A DNA stretch of 64,000 nucleotides from Macrostomum lignano. Taxonomy: Eukaryota. The stretch spans positions 248,001 to 312,000 of the forward strand of contig NIVC01000630.1 in assembly GCA_002269645.1 (NCBI GenBank). The letters are read 5' to 3'. The position numbers and the translations under genes were made by a program. This document shows, in pieces, positions 61,510-64,000 of this stretch. How positions within the stretch are numbered: the stretch's first letter is position 1; each line of letters opens with the position of its first letter. The notes below the pieces were generated by a model. That model had not been told where the DNA came from. It saw only the letters and a list, made by a program, of their open reading frames with translations, and ran no database searches.

Positions 61510-64000
61510 CCCTTGACTTACTTGACTTAGCTGCAGGGCTGTCCCGAAGGGGACACAGTGGGAAGGCGCGGGCGCCCATTCCGCTAGTCCCTGAACGGCC
61601 GATGCGTCGCTATGGACGGAGGGTTGGCGCCGCCCAGGGAGGTCCCCCAGTGTCGCCAGCAGCTATGGTGCTCTCTGGAAAGGAGAGTTCAGCCCTGCGA
61701 GTGGCCCGAAGGTAGCGCATGAGCTGATTAAAGTTTTCGGGTTTGCACGCTTCAGTAATAGATGTGTGTGGCCCGAGGTAAGTGAGTCTGGCCCGCGTGA
61801 AGGCGGGACAGATGCTGACGAAATGCTCAGCGGTTTCGTCACCTGAGTTGCAGAAACTACAGGTGGCGTTGCCCTGCAGGTACTGGTGCCTGGAGAAGCA
61901 GCCGTGACCAGAGAGGGTCATGGTGGCAGCCCAGATGTCTCTGCGCAAGAGGCGCAAGAGGAGCTTCCGGAGCTGGTGAGAGGGCTGAGGGACAGCGCCT
62001 CTGGATTGCCTGCAGTTCGTGCGCTTCACCCAAGTCAAGCGGTGCTGAGTCCTGATCCACGCTTTGATGCGCGAGTCGATGACACAGCCAGGAATCGGGA
62101 CAAGAGGTTCGGGGCCGAGAGAGGAGCCGGAGGCACCAACTTTTGCAAGGGTGTCAGCCAACTCATTTCCTCGGATCCCCACATGCCCCGGAACCCACTT
62201 AAGGGTAATTTTGTTGGCGGAACCCAACACATTGAGGAGTTTGATACAGTCAAGGACTGTAGCAGAGTTGGTGCTGCAGCCACTGATGGCGTGCAAGGCA
62301 GCTTGGCTGTCCGAATGGAAAATGATGTTCTTACCAGTAACGCCAGTGGCGAGAAGCTCTGCAGTGCAGGAGCTGATGGCCAGAACTTCATTTTGGAAAA
62401 CACTGGAGTTGACCCCAGTGTATTGAGCGTGGGTAGCGATGACCCTCCCGTTCAGAAAGATTCCAACACCAAAGCCGGTGTTGGCTGACTGCTTAGAACC
62501 GTCGGTGTAGCAATGAAGCTCACCAGGGTTCCATTGGTCGTTGATGTTATCGGGCGAGTCGATAGCTATGGAGTAGCGCTGTCTCAGGTTGAGCGTTGAG
62601 GCAATGCCATCGGTGAAGACGCGATTGGCCTGACACTCGTTGAGAAAGTTGAGGCACAGATCGCTATGCGGGACAAGGTTCTGCTTAGCAGGTGCTCTCA
62701 TGTAAATGAATTTGACGCCGGCATCAATTAGATGCCGCGTCGTTCTAGCCGCCTCACCCCTGATGAAGAGGTCAAGAGGTGGAAGATTAAGGAAGGCCCC
62801 CATGCCAGCAAAGGGCGTGGACCTGGTGGCGTTGCAGATGAGCCTACACGCTCTGCCTTGGATCGTGTTGAGCAGGTCTGCATGGCTTTTGACCTGGGTA
62901 GCGCTAACCCAGACAACAGAGGCGTACGTAATGGCAGGTCTAACTACGGAAGTATAGATCCACCAAAGCCGCTTTGGGGATAGACCCTAAGAAGTGTGAG
63001 TGCTCGTCGGAGCTGGGCCAGGATGGCTGAGGCACGCTTGGCTTTTGCTTTCACGTGGGAGGACTAGTTGAGCCGGTGGTCAAGTATGACCCCGAGACAT
63101 CTGGTCTGGTGCGCGAAGGCAATATCTCTGCCGTAGAGCTGCAGAGGACGTATGTTCCAGCGTAGTCTGCTAGTAAACATAATGGCAACGGTTTTGGGCT
63201 CAGAGAGTTCCAGACCATTGTCATTGGCCCAGGATTCTGCTTTGCGGATAAAGCTCTGCATCAGATCCCTGAGCGTGCTGGGAGACGGTCCTGCCACAAT
63301 GGCCGTGACGTCATCAGCATACCCAACTTTGAAGACGGGGTCGGGTCGGGAGTCACTCAAAAGAGCGTCCATGACCAGGTTCCAGAGTGTCGGGGTGAGG
63401 ACTCCGCCTTGGGGTCCACCCTTACAGACTCTGGTGGAGGCAGTTTGCCCAAGAAGTTGGGCAGTGACCCTACGGTTGGAGATCATGTACATGATCCACC
63501 GTATGAGGGTAGCATAAGCTTTGCGATTTTGAAGGGCCCTCTGAAACGCTTCAAAGATAACGTTGTCGAAGGCGCCAACAATGTCAAGAAAGAGAGCCAG
63601 AGTGTAACCGTCACCCAGTACCGCCCTTTCAATCTTCTCGACAATCGCATACAAGGCGCTGTCAGTCGACCTCCCGGTACGGAAAGCGTGCTGATTATTG
63701 CTGAGGGGCATCGCTGTCAGCTTGCAGGACAGCAGCCGTCAGAGAATAAGCCTCTCAGTGAGCTTAAGCATTGCTAACGTTAAGCTAATAGGCTGGAAGG
63801 CCTTGACGCTTTGGTAGTCACCCTTCCCAGGTTTGGGAATAAAGACTACCCAAGCTTCAGTCCAGCATTTGGGAACGTATCCCAGCTGGATAGAGGCCCG
63901 CATAAGATTGCGGGTGAGTCTCAGGAACGAGGGTATCTTGGCTGCTTCACGAAGGAGAATAGGGTAGATACCATCAGGTCCAGGAGATTTGAAGGGTTTG
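61510..64000 (-). mobile_element. Decayed non-LTR retrotransposon (LOA/I group): 3' part of ORF2 with RT, RNase H and C-terminal CCHC; 5' end beyond the window
   Basis: KSPGPDGI, FLDIVGAFDNV, PQGGVLTPTLW, GYADD, RNase H YTDGSK...SDSQAAL...KWVPGHVGIRGNELAD, CSFCNSGDETAEHFVSICP. Stops at 63739-41, 63064-66 and 62987-89, plus a 1-nt frameshift near 62995. 3' UTR hairpin tgtccc/gggaca and a (TAAGTCAAG)2 tail. Confidence 0.95.

Noticed and set aside
61506-63777. Plus-strand and alternate-frame ORFs over the LINE
   Set aside because: They are shadows of the GC-rich RT/RNase H coding sequence on the minus strand.

Overview
Animal (metazoan) genomic DNA, extremely rich in tandem repeats: about 36 arrays covering roughly 26 kb, ~40% of the window by my hand estimate. 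Short unique intron cores, GC-rich exons, (GATA)n/(CAGA)n microsatellites and AG acceptors just upstream of start codons fit a free-living flatworm such as Macrostomum; this species call is inference only. I rebuilt four host genes by hand with in-frame GT-AG splicing: (1) a 4-exon DUF19-like 12-Cys protein with signal peptide and GPI-type tail (minus, 1427-4308); (2) an intronless double Ly6/uPAR three-finger protein (minus, 10807-11460); (3) the 26S proteasome lid subunit PSMD13/Rpn9 (plus, 6 exons, 34842-45353); (4) HMG-CoA reductase (plus, 5 exons, 47802-53847), which has a 1-nt deletion in a G run in exon 4. Mobile DNA includes several TIR MITEs with 8-bp target-site duplications (some nested), a tRNA-derived CORE-like SINE split by a minisatellite, a Penelope-type minimal hammerhead ribozyme relic, and a decayed RT+RNase H non-LTR retrotransposon (LOA/I group) cut by the right edge. 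Almost all long ORFs in the supplied track are artefacts of the repeats. The most striking pattern is that nearly every intron is a short core inflated by its own private minisatellite. One minisatellite family appears to have moved as a unit with a 7-bp target duplication, and several arrays are built from transcription-factor or splicing motifs. The 12-33 kb region probably hides at least one more gene with tiny exons that I could not identify.
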